A stretch of 64,000 nucleotides of DNA from Nitrospirales bacterium. Lineage in GTDB: Bacteria; Nitrospirota; Nitrospiria; Nitrospirales; UBA8639. Position 1 is the first letter of the stretch; every line of letters begins with the position of its first letter. The stretch is from positions 4,545,745 through 4,609,744 of the forward strand of contig OY820905.2 of assembly GCA_963555755.3 (NCBI GenBank), in the 5' to 3' direction. Below the pieces are notes generated by a model. The model was given only the letters and a program-made list of their open reading frames with translations. It did no database searches and was not told where the DNA came from. This document shows positions 41,319-50,848 of this stretch, one piece after another. The translations under genes and the position numbers were made by a program.

Positions 41319-42896
41319 ATGTTGTTACACAATGTAGGACATTCAAGAGGTATGTTGGCATTGGCCATGATGGCCCTATTCGTTCCAGCGATCACATTCG
41401 GCCAGGAAACGGACATAACGCAAACACCGAATGCCGCCAATGCAGGCATTAAAAAATCCTTGGAAGACCAAATCGGGGAGGGTCGTGGAGATATCAACAC
41501 TCCTGACTCATCGCATTTCATCATTAAGAGAGATCCCTTTCGGGCCATTGCCCGGGGACGCCAACTGTTTCAGCGCAAATTCACCATTGCCCAAGGGATG
41601 GGACCACGCACCGATGATGGAATTGGCGATATCGAAACGGAGCTGTCTCTAGGAGTAGGTTTGGCCGACAGTTGTGCAGCATGTCATGGCCGACCAAGGG
41701 GAGCGGCCGGATTTGGTGGAGATGTTTTTACGCGTCCCGACAGTCGGGATGCTCAACATTTATTTGGGTTAGGCATTAAAGAAATGCTTGCTGATGAAAT
41801 CACACAGGATGATAGTGCAATCAATCAGGCCGAAGGTCTGGGTAGCCCGGTTACGGTGCAGCTCAACAGTAAGGGCATTCACTTTGGAAAAATCACCGTA
41901 AATTCTGATGGAACCTATGTCCCTTCTGACATTAAGGGTGTCGATGATGATCTTCGCGTTCGTCCCTTTTTCCATCACGGAGGAACGATCTCAATCCGAG
42001 AATTTGTCGTCGGGGCGCTCAACGCGGAGATGGGCCTTGAAGCTGTTGATCCCGAACTTGTCGATGCAGCCGCTGGCGGCTCCTTTGTCACCTTGTCGGG
42101 AATGGTTCTGGATGGTTCACAAGATTCCATTGAAAGCCCTGTTGCGGTCAATGATGCTGACGATCCGGATTCCGATGGAGTCGTCAATGAAGTTCCGGAA
42201 AGTCTTGTCGATTTTCTAGAATTTTATTTATTGAACTATTTTAAGCCAGCAACTTATCAGAATACGAGAGGTACAAAGAGTGGCCAACGGATCATGAAAG
42301 AAATTCGGTGCACAAACTGCCACGTGCCAAATCTCACGATCAGTCATGATCGCCGAGTGGCCGACGTGGAAACGCGGTATGATCGCAAACAGGGCATCTT
42401 CAATAATATGTTCGCCACCGCCTCGACGTTATTCAACGAGGAGGATGACGGCACTGGCCACCCGACCATCAAATCCCCGATTGGAGGCTCTTTTAAGGTA
42501 AAAAACATTTACACGGATTTTAAACGCCACGACTTAGGTCCTAACTTTCATGAGCGCAATTTTGATGGGGAGCTCCGAACCGAGTTTTTTACAACCGCGT
42601 TATGGGGAGTAGGCACCACTCCTTCATATGGTCATGACGGACGATCCATCAATTTACGTGAGGTCATCCTTCGTCATGGTGGAGAAGCCCAAGACTCCAG
42701 GGAGGCGTTTGCCCGGTTATCAAAAGACCGGCAAGCACACGTGATCGAGTTCTTGCAATCGTTGGTGTTGTTCGGCCCACCGGATACAGCGTCGAATCTC
42801 AATCCCGGTGATCCCAATACACCCAACTTTCCACAAGAAGGCCACGGGAGCATCGACCTATCTGTGCTCTTTAACGATCCAACTGATCCGGAATAA
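41319..42896 (+). CDS. Exported di-heme oxidoreductase (DHOR/thiol-oxidoreductase-like)
   Basis: Signal peptide; two CxxCH motifs (CAACH, CTNCH); YTDFKRHDLG, T.LWGVG, YGHDGR...ILRHGGEA. Confidence 0.82.
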   Translation: MLLHNVGHSRGMLALAMMALFVPAITFGQETDITQTPNAANAGIKKSLEDQIGEGRGDINTPDSSHFIIKRDPFRAIARGRQLFQRKFTIAQGMGPRTDDGIGDIETELSLGVGLADSCAACHGRPRGAAGFGGDVFTRPDSRDAQHLFGLGIKEMLADEITQDDSAINQAEGLGSPVTVQLNSKGIHFGKITVNSDGTYVPSDIKGVDDDLRVRPFFHHGGTISIREFVVGALNAEMGLEAVDPELVDAAAGGSFVTLSGMVLDGSQDSIESPVAVNDADDPDSDGVVNEVPESLVDFLEFYLLNYFKPATYQNTRGTKSGQRIMKEIRCTNCHVPNLTISHDRRVADVETRYDRKQGIFNNMFATASTLFNEEDDGTGHPTIKSPIGGSFKVKNIYTDFKRHDLGPNFHERNFDGELRTEFFTTALWGVGTTPSYGHDGRSINLREVILRHGGEAQDSREAFARLSKDRQAHVIEFLQSLVLFGPPDTASNLNPGDPNTPNFPQEGHGSIDLSVLFNDPTDPE

Positions 42897-42927
42897 TCGG
42901 GAAGAAAAGAAGAAGACTGAGTTCTTG

Positions 42928-42961
42928 CCAAGGCATCAGGGGGAACAACCTGATGCCTTGG
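42928..42961. terminator. Strong hairpin between convergent genes
   Basis: 13-bp perfect stem CCAAGGCATCAGG / CCTGATGCCTTGG; no clear U tract. Confidence 0.5.
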
Positions 42962-43027
42962 TTGGAGATGCGTGTGGCCCTTGGATAGAGTTGCGGGGGG
43001 GGAGGGTACACCATTCAAGACCCGACC

Positions 43028-43348
43028 CTACTTCTTCTTTTTTTTGGATTTCCCCCACGTTTCTTTTAGCAGGGTCTTCCACTCCTCGCGAGAAATCGCT
43101 GGCATGGTCTTAATACGAATATGGCCCATCGAGGCATTCAGCACACCGGCCTTCATCGCGGCGCGATTATGCGGAAAATCCCAAATGGCCACAACATCAT
43201 ACTCACCCAAGCAATAATAGGCGTGAAGCAATTTGCCGCCCAAGGCTTCCACATTCTGCTTGACCATGTCTGACCGAGCCTCACCTTTAGCCCTCATGGT
43301 CTTCAGTCCATCATGGGTAAAGTTCACTAAGCTGACGTAGATTGGCAT
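43028..43348 (-). CDS. GYD domain protein
   Basis: MPIYVSLVNFT..G...VEALGGKL..AYY.LGEYDVVAI. Confidence 0.85.
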   Translation of the reverse strand: MPIYVSLVNFTHDGLKTMRAKGEARSDMVKQNVEALGGKLLHAYYCLGEYDVVAIWDFPHNRAAMKAGVLNASMGHIRIKTMPAISREEWKTLLKETWGKSKKKKK

Positions 43349-43521
43349 GGTGCACCCCTTGGTTGGTGACGTGAATAATAAAGCGCTCGTGTTTGAGGGA
43401 AGATGTGAGTATCCTAAATGAAAAGCCAGATAAAGGATAGCCACTTTTCTGATGACTGGTCAGGCGAAGGACGAATCCAACCTGACGCAAGACCAATGGG
43501 AATTTTTAAATATTAAATAAA

Positions 43522-43662
43522 GGGTACCTCTAAAAATCGTCCTTTTCCGTGATGGCGGCGTCAGCCGCGTGTTCACATCCTCATGTATTCGCCCATACAC
43601 TCCGGTTTTCCGTGCGCGGCTTCCTTGCCCTCACAAAAAATGCCTGGTTTGTAGAGGTGCCT
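43522..43662. mobile_element. MITE G, 141 bp
   Basis: Homologous to 32527-32667; 4-bp duplication TAAA. Confidence 0.85.
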
Positions 43663-43987
43663 TAAAGGAAAAGGCGAGCAACCGGTCATGAGAAATAGAA
43701 CGCCGCCTGTGAAGTATTGAAGTGAAAAAATCATGGCAAGGGGCGTCAAGAAATATTAAATGATGCACGATTCAAGACCTGACCTTTTACGTTTTGGAAT
43801 GGTTCAAGCGTACCTTTGATGCCGGTGCCGTATGGAGTTACGAGGAAATCACGTTCTGCAAGGTTTTCGGAATCTTCTGAGTATCTGCATTCCCAGAAGA
43901 AAAGAACTAGGCTAATTTTGAACAATGAAGTTAAAAAAACTCCCGACCCCTTTCTGTTTTCTTGGAGCGCATGTTTTGTTAAGCAGC

Positions 43988-44155
43988 CTACGTCTCCTCA
44001 CCCCCATCAAGGCAGTTCGTGCATTCATCCAATTTGGGTTCTCCATGGTTGCTGCAATAATGACGGGAGCATCGTGCGCAGACCATAAAACTCATGAGTA
44101 TCGTATCCGCTTCCTCGCACACATAACAATTTTTTTCTCGTTTGGCTTTCGGCAT
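43988..44155 (-). CDS. 55-aa Cys/His-rich putative zinc-finger protein (absent from ORF track)
   Basis: MPKAKREKNCYVCEEADTILMSFMVCARCSRHYCSNHGEPKLDECTNCLDGGEET; AAGGAG 7 nt before the ATG. Confidence 0.7.
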   Translation of the reverse strand: MPKAKREKNCYVCEEADTILMSFMVCARCSRHYCSNHGEPKLDECTNCLDGGEET

Positions 44156-44455
44156 ATTTCTTCTCCTTCATCGTGATCATGTAAGGCGCCATTTGCCGCA
44201 AAGCCATCCCCGACGGTGTTGGGGTGGGGCAAGGATCCTAGTGTGTCATTTCCGGCCGAGGGCTTGGACCCCACTATTGGCGGGAAGTCGGGAAGGGCGT
44301 CTATCTAGTGAAGACGCGAGGATGTTGCGCTGATTGGTAACAGGGTGAGACTACCGTATGACACCACTGTATAGCAAACTAGCGAGGTTTGATCGCATGG
44401 TGCTGATCAAGTCATAATCAAGGAAATACACAACCCTCTTTCTCCCACGTTTGAC

Positions 44456-45316
44456 ATGTCCATTCAATGGTTTCCCGGTCACATGAATACGGCGCGCCGA
44501 GAGGCCGCCAAGACGATAGCCTCCATCGATGTCATCGTCGAAGTGCTGGATGCTCGTATACCAGAAGCCAGCAGCAATCCGATGATCACGGAATTGCGGC
44601 GGCAGTGCCAGCGTCCTTGCCTGAAAGTTCTCAACAAAGCCGACCTTGCTGACCCCGCCGTCACCCAAGCCTGGTTGAACAAGTATAACCAGGAAACTGG
44701 CGTGAATGCCGTAGCCCTTGCCGGTAATCGCGTTGGGCAAGCCGCCAAGGTCCCCAGTCTGTGTCAACCTCTCGCCAAGCATCGCAGCACGACCACGAAA
44801 CCGCTACGCATGCTGATCATGGGCATTCCGAATGTTGGCAAATCCACACTCATGAACACGTTGCTCAAACGCCGCATCACAAAAGTGGGCAACGAACCCG
44901 CTGTGACAAAAAAACAGCAACGCCACACTCTCAACGACCGAATGACGCTCATCGACTCCCCGGGCCTTTTGTGGCCAAAAATCAAAGACCCGGTCGTGGG
45001 TTTTCTGCTCGCCACGATCCATGCGATTGGCGCCAATGCTGTCGTCGATGAAGAAATCGCCGAGTTTCTCGCAACCACTCTCCTTACACGCTACCCAGGA
45101 CTGCTCACGGCGCGGTATGGATTTGGGGAAGATGGGCTAGATGGCGCAGGCGTGCTTGAATCCATTGCCATCAAACGGGGATGCTTGCGTAAAGGAAAGG
45201 GCGGGGAACTAGACAGAGAAAAAGCCGCAAAAATTTTGCTAAACGAATACCGCAACGGCACATTAGGCCGCACGAGCCTGGAGTCTCCAACCACGCCTGA
45301 GGTCCCTACCGTATAA
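44456..45316 (+). CDS. rbgA: Ribosome biogenesis GTPase RbgA/YlqF
   Basis: IQWFPGHM, DARIP, NKADL, GIPNVGKST, DSPG (circularly permuted GTPase). Confidence 0.93.
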   Translation: MSIQWFPGHMNTARREAAKTIASIDVIVEVLDARIPEASSNPMITELRRQCQRPCLKVLNKADLADPAVTQAWLNKYNQETGVNAVALAGNRVGQAAKVPSLCQPLAKHRSTTTKPLRMLIMGIPNVGKSTLMNTLLKRRITKVGNEPAVTKKQQRHTLNDRMTLIDSPGLLWPKIKDPVVGFLLATIHAIGANAVVDEEIAEFLATTLLTRYPGLLTARYGFGEDGLDGAGVLESIAIKRGCLRKGKGGELDREKAAKILLNEYRNGTLGRTSLESPTTPEVPTV

Positions 45317-45527
45317 TCATTCACCTCGTAGGCCCGACTGTCACGATAGACAGAAAATCACCGTACCAACATTCCCCGCTACTAGGCTTTCAGAGGAAAG
45401 GTCTAGGGAAAAAAGCAACTCGATCATGGTCTTTGATCATCGTCAGGACTCTTGTTCGGGGATGACCTGTCACCAGACGCGGCGTATCCGGTCCTGTGTC
45501 AACAATCCAAATGAGCGACACGCAGGC

Positions 45528-46070
45528 TTAGTCGTCCAGCATGGGCTCAGGGACCCCACCGATCATCGAAAAAATCAGCCCGCCAATCACGGCTTGTACA
45601 ATCCATCCAATAAGACATACGCCAATGGCTCGGTACGTACTGTGATAATCCAAGGCTTGGCGCACGGCAATCACCATGGCCACGAGCATCCACACACTCG
45701 CAAGAAGATTCACAATAGCGTCTAAGCCTGGAATGATGCCGAGAATCCGAATGATGCCTGGGGCGCTCGAAAAGCCAATTGTCCGAAGCAGTTCACCATG
45801 ATCAGCAGAGGTTTGGGGTTCGGGCAAAAGTTTCGTGCCAATGATGTAGGTCAAAAAAGCCCAGATATACCATCCGAGCAAGGAAAAAACCGTGCCGAGC
45901 AACAGCCCCATCAGCCCGGATTCTTGCATGAACCCAATCCCACCGGCCACGCTTGATAATACGACGACGGCCATCGCCTGGCTCATCGCATTCTTGTCGG
46001 CCTCCACTTCTTCATAGACCTGAACATCGAGTTTTGCCGCTCGTACCATCCGATCAACAAACTGGGTCAT
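45528..46070 (-). CDS. YIP1 family membrane protein, copy 1
   Basis: RMVRAAKLD...YEEVEAD, multiple TMs, LLRTIGFSSAPG, VIAVRQALD. Confidence 0.8.
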   Translation of the reverse strand: MTQFVDRMVRAAKLDVQVYEEVEADKNAMSQAMAVVVLSSVAGGIGFMQESGLMGLLLGTVFSLLGWYIWAFLTYIIGTKLLPEPQTSADHGELLRTIGFSSAPGIIRILGIIPGLDAIVNLLASVWMLVAMVIAVRQALDYHSTYRAIGVCLIGWIVQAVIGGLIFSMIGGVPEPMLDD

Positions 46071-46339
46071 AATGGTCGATCTCCTTTCCCTCACGAGGGA
46101 TAATGTACATGAAAAATGAAAAGATTGGTGCCCTAGGGGGAAGACAAGAAGCAATTATGAGGAACAGGCTGAGAAAGATCTACTCTTTTTCGGTGGGGAA
46201 TCAACTGAAATTTTGATGAGGGGAATTCGTGTAGCGAATGATCAAGGGAAATGGGGCTGATTCTTGGCCCTTCATCCGTTGTCCGCCGTGCCCGAAGTGG
46301 TCGGCGGGCATCCCTTCTCATGTCGGCATTTTTCCTTCT

Positions 46340-46456
46340 GTCATTCCCGCCATTTGCAATCGAGAATCCATCCACATTTCGTCATTCCCGCCATTTTTAA
46401 TCGGGAATCCATCTTCAAATTTCCTCTCCTTTGTAAGGAGAGGGCAAGTGAGGTAG
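46340..46456. repeat. REP-like palindrome cluster
   Basis: Two GTCATTCCCG-N10-CG(A/G)GAATCCA units, then CCTCTCCTT-TGT-AAGGAGAGG. Confidence 0.65.
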
Positions 46457-46466
46457 AGTCTTAAGC

Positions 46467-47315
46467 ATGAACGTAGATCTCATCATTCGAATCAGCGCGT
46501 TTGTGGGAATCTTCGCCGCGATGGCTGTGTGGGAAATGATGTCGCCACGTCGTCAATGGCAGGTGGCCAAAGCCAAGCGCTGGGTGATCAATCTGGCCAT
46601 GGTGGGATTCAACACGCTCTTCACCCGAACCCTCTTAGCCTCAGGCGTCTTAGGGGCGGCGGTCCTGGCAGGGCAGAGAGAGGTGGGGCTCTTCCATCAA
46701 CTGGATTGGCCTTGGTGGGCAGAACTCATCATCGCAATGATCGTGTTGGATTTGGTGGTGTATTTTCAACATGTGCTCATGCATGCCGTCCCCATACTCT
46801 GGCGATTACACATGGTGCATCATTCCGATTTAGATATCGATGTGACCACCGGCGTTCGGTTTCACCCGATCGAAATTGCTCTGTCGATGTTCATCAAAAT
46901 CGGAGCCGTTATTTTGATAGGCGTGTCACCCACCGCCGTGCTCATATTCGAGGTCATGCTAAATGCGACCTCCATGTTCAACCATAGTAACGTGTGCATT
47001 CCCGTGCAGGTGGATCGCATGCTCAGGTGGATCGTGGTCACCCCCGACATGCATCGGATTCATCATTCCGTCATCCCACGAGAGACCAACCGTAACTTTG
47101 GATTTAACTTGCCGTGGTGGGATCGTGTGCTCGGCACGTACCTGAGTGATCCTAGCAAAGGACATGAACAAATGACGATCGGTCTTGAACAGTACCGAGA
47201 CTCTACCCGGCTCACCTGGCTGGGCCTCGTGGCCTTACCGTTTGTCGGAGAAATCGGGAAATACCCAACGTGGCATGACGAACAGAACGAAGTCGAAACC
47301 GAAAACGAAAAATGA
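46467..47315 (+). CDS. Sterol desaturase / fatty-acid hydroxylase family protein
   Basis: His boxes HVLMH, HMVHH, RFHP, NHSN, HRIHH; NFG...WWDR..GTY. Confidence 0.9.
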   Translation: MNVDLIIRISAFVGIFAAMAVWEMMSPRRQWQVAKAKRWVINLAMVGFNTLFTRTLLASGVLGAAVLAGQREVGLFHQLDWPWWAELIIAMIVLDLVVYFQHVLMHAVPILWRLHMVHHSDLDIDVTTGVRFHPIEIALSMFIKIGAVILIGVSPTAVLIFEVMLNATSMFNHSNVCIPVQVDRMLRWIVVTPDMHRIHHSVIPRETNRNFGFNLPWWDRVLGTYLSDPSKGHEQMTIGLEQYRDSTRLTWLGLVALPFVGEIGKYPTWHDEQNEVETENEK

Positions 47316-47433
47316 ATGAGATGGTGGTCGAAAAGAATCCGAAACCTAGCACTGATTTGCCAAGAAATTTCTGTCGTATGAGAAGTGAAATCTCCTTATT
47401 CCCCGGTGCTCTGCAAAGGGGTAACTATTAATG

Positions 47434-47467
47434 TCCCCCCTTTGGAAAAGGGGGGTAGGGGGATTTT
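47434..47467. repeat. REP-like palindrome between convergent genes
   Basis: CCCCCCTTT-GGA-AAAGGGGGG followed by TAGGGGGATTT. Confidence 0.55.
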
Positions 47468-47498
47468 CCAATCATATTGTTTCCTTTAATAGCGGCGC

Positions 47499-48041
47499 TT
47501 AGTTATCCAGCATTGGCTCAGGGGGTCCACCCATCATCGTAAAAATCAATCCAATAATCACGGCTTGCACAATCCATCCAATAATACACACGCCAATGGC
47601 TCGGTACGTACTGTGATAATCCAAGGCTTGGCGCACGGCAATCACCATGGCCACGAGCATCCATATACTCGCAAGGATATTCACAATTGGGCCTAAGCCA
47701 GGAATAATGCCGAAAATCCGAATCATACCGGGGGAGCTCGAAAAGCCAATCGTCCGAAGCAGTTCACCATGATCAGCAGAGGTTTGGGGTTCAGGCAGAA
47801 GTTTCGTGCCAATGATGTAGGTCAAAAAAGCCCAGACATACCATCCGAGCAAGGACATGACCGTGCCCATCAACAACCCCGTCAGCCCGGATTCTTGCAT
47901 GAACCCAATACCACCGGCCACGCTTGATAACACGACAACGGTCATTGCCTGGCCCATGGAACTTTTGTCGGCTTCCACTTCTTCATAGACCTGAACGTCG
48001 AGTTTGGCAGCGCGTACCATTCGATCAACAATCTGAGTCAT
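47499..48041 (-). CDS. YIP1 family membrane protein, copy 2
   Basis: Colinear, same-length paralog of 45528-46070. Confidence 0.8.
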   Translation of the reverse strand: MTQIVDRMVRAAKLDVQVYEEVEADKSSMGQAMTVVVLSSVAGGIGFMQESGLTGLLMGTVMSLLGWYVWAFLTYIIGTKLLPEPQTSADHGELLRTIGFSSSPGMIRIFGIIPGLGPIVNILASIWMLVAMVIAVRQALDYHSTYRAIGVCIIGWIVQAVIIGLIFTMMGGPPEPMLDN

Positions 48042-48309
48042 AATGGTCGACCTCCTTTCCCTCACAAGGGATAATTTTCACTAGAATTGAAAAGGATTGT
48101 GCCTAATGGGAAGACAAGAAGCAATTATGCGGAACAGGTTGAGAGAAATCTATCATTCTTCGGTGAGGAATCAACTAAAATTTGGATGAGGAGAATTTGT
48201 TTGGCGAACGTTCAAGGAAAAGATTTCTGAGCCTTTCTTCATTTCCTAAAAATAAATCTGTCCCCTTTTCTTTTTTCTCAAAATGATTATCTAGGGACTT
48301 ATTGCTTTA

Positions 48310-48798
48310 ACCTAGAAACGGCAGTTGGGCGCAAAACAAACGTGTAAGATATTGGTGTGCATGGTGAAATAAAAAAAGTCGTGGTCACCTTAGGGCTCGC
48401 GCAACAATAACTTTCCCTGTTTGGGCGTCGATCCATCCCGTCTGGCGGCGTTGCTCGTCCTTTCCATACGAGGAGTATGCGCAGTCCTCGCGCCTTGCCA
48501 GACAGGTGTCTCAGCACCCAAACAGGGAAAGTTATTGTTGCGCGAACCCTTAGTGGTGATGAGACATTTTTTATTTTGCCATGTGCGCCTAGGAGCCTGT
48601 CCGAGATTAGGGATCGTTGCGAGGGGGTGCTGGTTTGAGTCAGATGTTTCGATCGTTTGAGGCGCATAGTAGTGCCTATTTAACGAAAAGGATCGGGAGA
48701 TCTGGCCAAATCCAGCGCACCCACAGTAGATCCGTCTAATCTTGGACAGGCTCCTTGAGCTTGCGCGGACTTTTGTGATCCAACTGCCGTTTCTAGGT
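48310..48798. mobile_element. Inverted composite MITE A containing B (48393-48549) and C (48593-48753)
   Basis: A TIRs; B with TTA/TTA duplication; C sits at a different site in A than at 15840. Confidence 0.88.
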
Positions 48799-48799
48799 T

Positions 48800-49249
48800 T
48801 TAGGCACTGTTGCGGGCGGCTTCCAATAACGCATTGCACTCGAACTCCAGAATACCGCCAATGACTGTCGTTTGCCGAAAGGGGGTACGGCGAGCTACCT
48901 CCTCGGCCCGGATATCGATTTGCCGCCACCCGTGGCTCTGTAGAAAAGGGATCGAAGTCCCAAAGTACACGGTAGAAATTCCGGCCCACTCGATAGCACT
49001 TTGACACATGGGACACGGTTCAGCCGTCGTATACAAATCGAGTTCTGTCCAATCGATTGGTGAATGGTCGGCGGCACAACGATTGATCACGTCTATTTCG
49101 CCGTGGAAGGTTGGACTGTGAGAAGACCGGTTAAATCCTTGTGCGAGGACCTCGCCCGTCGTCCGTCGAACGATCACGGCGCCGAACGGAAACTGAGGTA
49201 CGTTCTGCGCCATGGCAATAGCCAGGCGCATATAATCATCGGGGCCCAT
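48800..49249 (-). CDS. Zn-dependent nucleoside deaminase (CDA superfamily)
   Basis: PFGAVIV, HGE, LYTTAEPCPMC. Confidence 0.9.
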   Translation of the reverse strand: MGPDDYMRLAIAMAQNVPQFPFGAVIVRRTTGEVLAQGFNRSSHSPTFHGEIDVINRCAADHSPIDWTELDLYTTAEPCPMCQSAIEWAGISTVYFGTSIPFLQSHGWRQIDIRAEEVARRTPFRQTTVIGGILEFECNALLEAARNSA

Positions 49250-49278
49250 GTTCTGTGGAGTTCTCTTGCCAATTTAAT

Positions 49279-49647
49279 TCATACCTCTGCATGACTGTCA
49301 TTGAACTCAAGGGGTGGGGGCAATTGTGCGAAACAGGCGGGGCAGAGTACGTACCCATCATTTCTTCGAAAAAACTGTCCGTCCAATTCTTGAGTGCAAT
49401 CTGTCGCTTGGCAATGAGAAGGATGGGAGGGGTTTCGTTCAGCTTGGATAGGTTCAAGAATGTCACGGAGGCGTGTAAACGGGGGACGAGTTTGGTGAAA
49501 GACTTTTGAGTCGCGTTGGCTCTCCTTTGCCAGAGTCTCTATATTTTTTCGAAGTCGAATATTTCCAAGAAGCAATTCAGTGTCACAGGGCCCCTCAGGT
49601 TCATGAGGGCGAAGGGGAGTGTTGGAGTTGAGTTTTTTCCTTGCCAT
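49279..49647 (-). CDS. Hypothetical protein with C-terminal four-Cys motif
   Basis: CQATDC...CPAC near the C-terminus; AGGAG upstream. Confidence 0.55.
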   Translation of the reverse strand: MARKKLNSNTPLRPHEPEGPCDTELLLGNIRLRKNIETLAKESQRDSKVFHQTRPPFTRLRDILEPIQAERNPSHPSHCQATDCTQELDGQFFRRNDGYVLCPACFAQLPPPLEFNDSHAEV

Positions 49648-49704
49648 CAATGGGGAGAATCTCCTGACATAAAAGTTTGAAACAATGAAACGATGTTCTT
49701 GAGC

Positions 49705-50354
49705 TCAGTTTCTCGGTTGTACAAATCGTTGGTCGATATATTTATTGAGAGCGTCTTTTGCGCGATATAAGTTCGTCAGAAGCACCGAGTAGGTAGCTTC
49801 AATGTTTTGAAGATTCGCCAAGTCTTCGGCCGTCAAAGGAAGCTGGATTTTCTGAAACGCGGCAATGGTGGAACCCCTTTGTTGGAGAGTTAACAAAAGG
49901 GCATCATAGGCCTCCCCTTGAGCCACTAAAGAGCTGCATTCTACTTTTAAATGCTCAATAAGTCCACGAACATCTTCTGAAATCATTTGGGAGTTTTCTG
50001 TCAGCTTCTCCCATTTTTCGACCTCGGGCTGTTCATTAAATTTTCCGAGGGTATCCACGAAGGTCGATTGAATCATTCCCAAATGGCTCAGGTTGGCACT
50101 GAGATTTAGTAAGCGCTGCTCTTCTTCGCGTAAAGATAGATTGTCGTAGATACGAGAACCAGAGTTAAAGGCTTTTTCGATTCCATCCGCTAAAGATCCA
50201 ACTGCTTCCCCAGCCATATTCACAAAGCCAAACAATTTTTCAAGACCGGTTTTGCCATGGTGGCTGAGGGTATCATCAAAAGAGATAAGGCGAAGATCAC
50301 CTGCACGAAATATCCACGTGGCTTGTAAGTTTTCTCTACAGAGTTCAAACGCAT
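49705..50354 (-). pseudogene. Helical exported protein, apparently split by one frameshift near 50255
   Basis: A signal-peptide-like frame (YFVQVIFALSLLMIPSA) overlaps a second frame HGKTGLEKLFGFVNMAGE... that runs to 49705. Confidence 0.45.
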
Positions 50355-50848
50355 AGTTTTATTCATATCTTGCTGGATTTTCCTCATCATGGTTCGTTCT
50401 CCTCGGCATATGTAATATGGGAGGAATGTACGTCTATGACTCGTGAAAGTCGGCCATTTTTTGTGTCCTTCTAAAAATGACGTATTCAAACGCAAATGTT
50501 TTCGCCACGGTTGGAGAATGGGAAATCTTTATTCATTTTTTCCTGTGACTTCTGAAATATCCTCTTGCCCGCGTGCAGATCCTGTGTTATCTTGAAAATC
50601 ATCGTGTAAGACCTCTTCCTTCTGGGGGTGCAGGCCCCGAGAGTGAGAAACTGGTTCTTACGCGATTTTTTTTGTTCAAACCCTCCTTGTGGTCTCCTGA
50701 TTTCAGGAACAATCCAGCAAGTATCCGGGAGTTTTGTCACGTGACCGAATTGGTCGTCGGCTTAGGCTGACCTCTAAACGTGTTTCTTGACGTCTATCAA
50801 TAGTTCAATGTGAAGAGGTTATTGCGTGATTTTGAAGAAAGTTCATAG

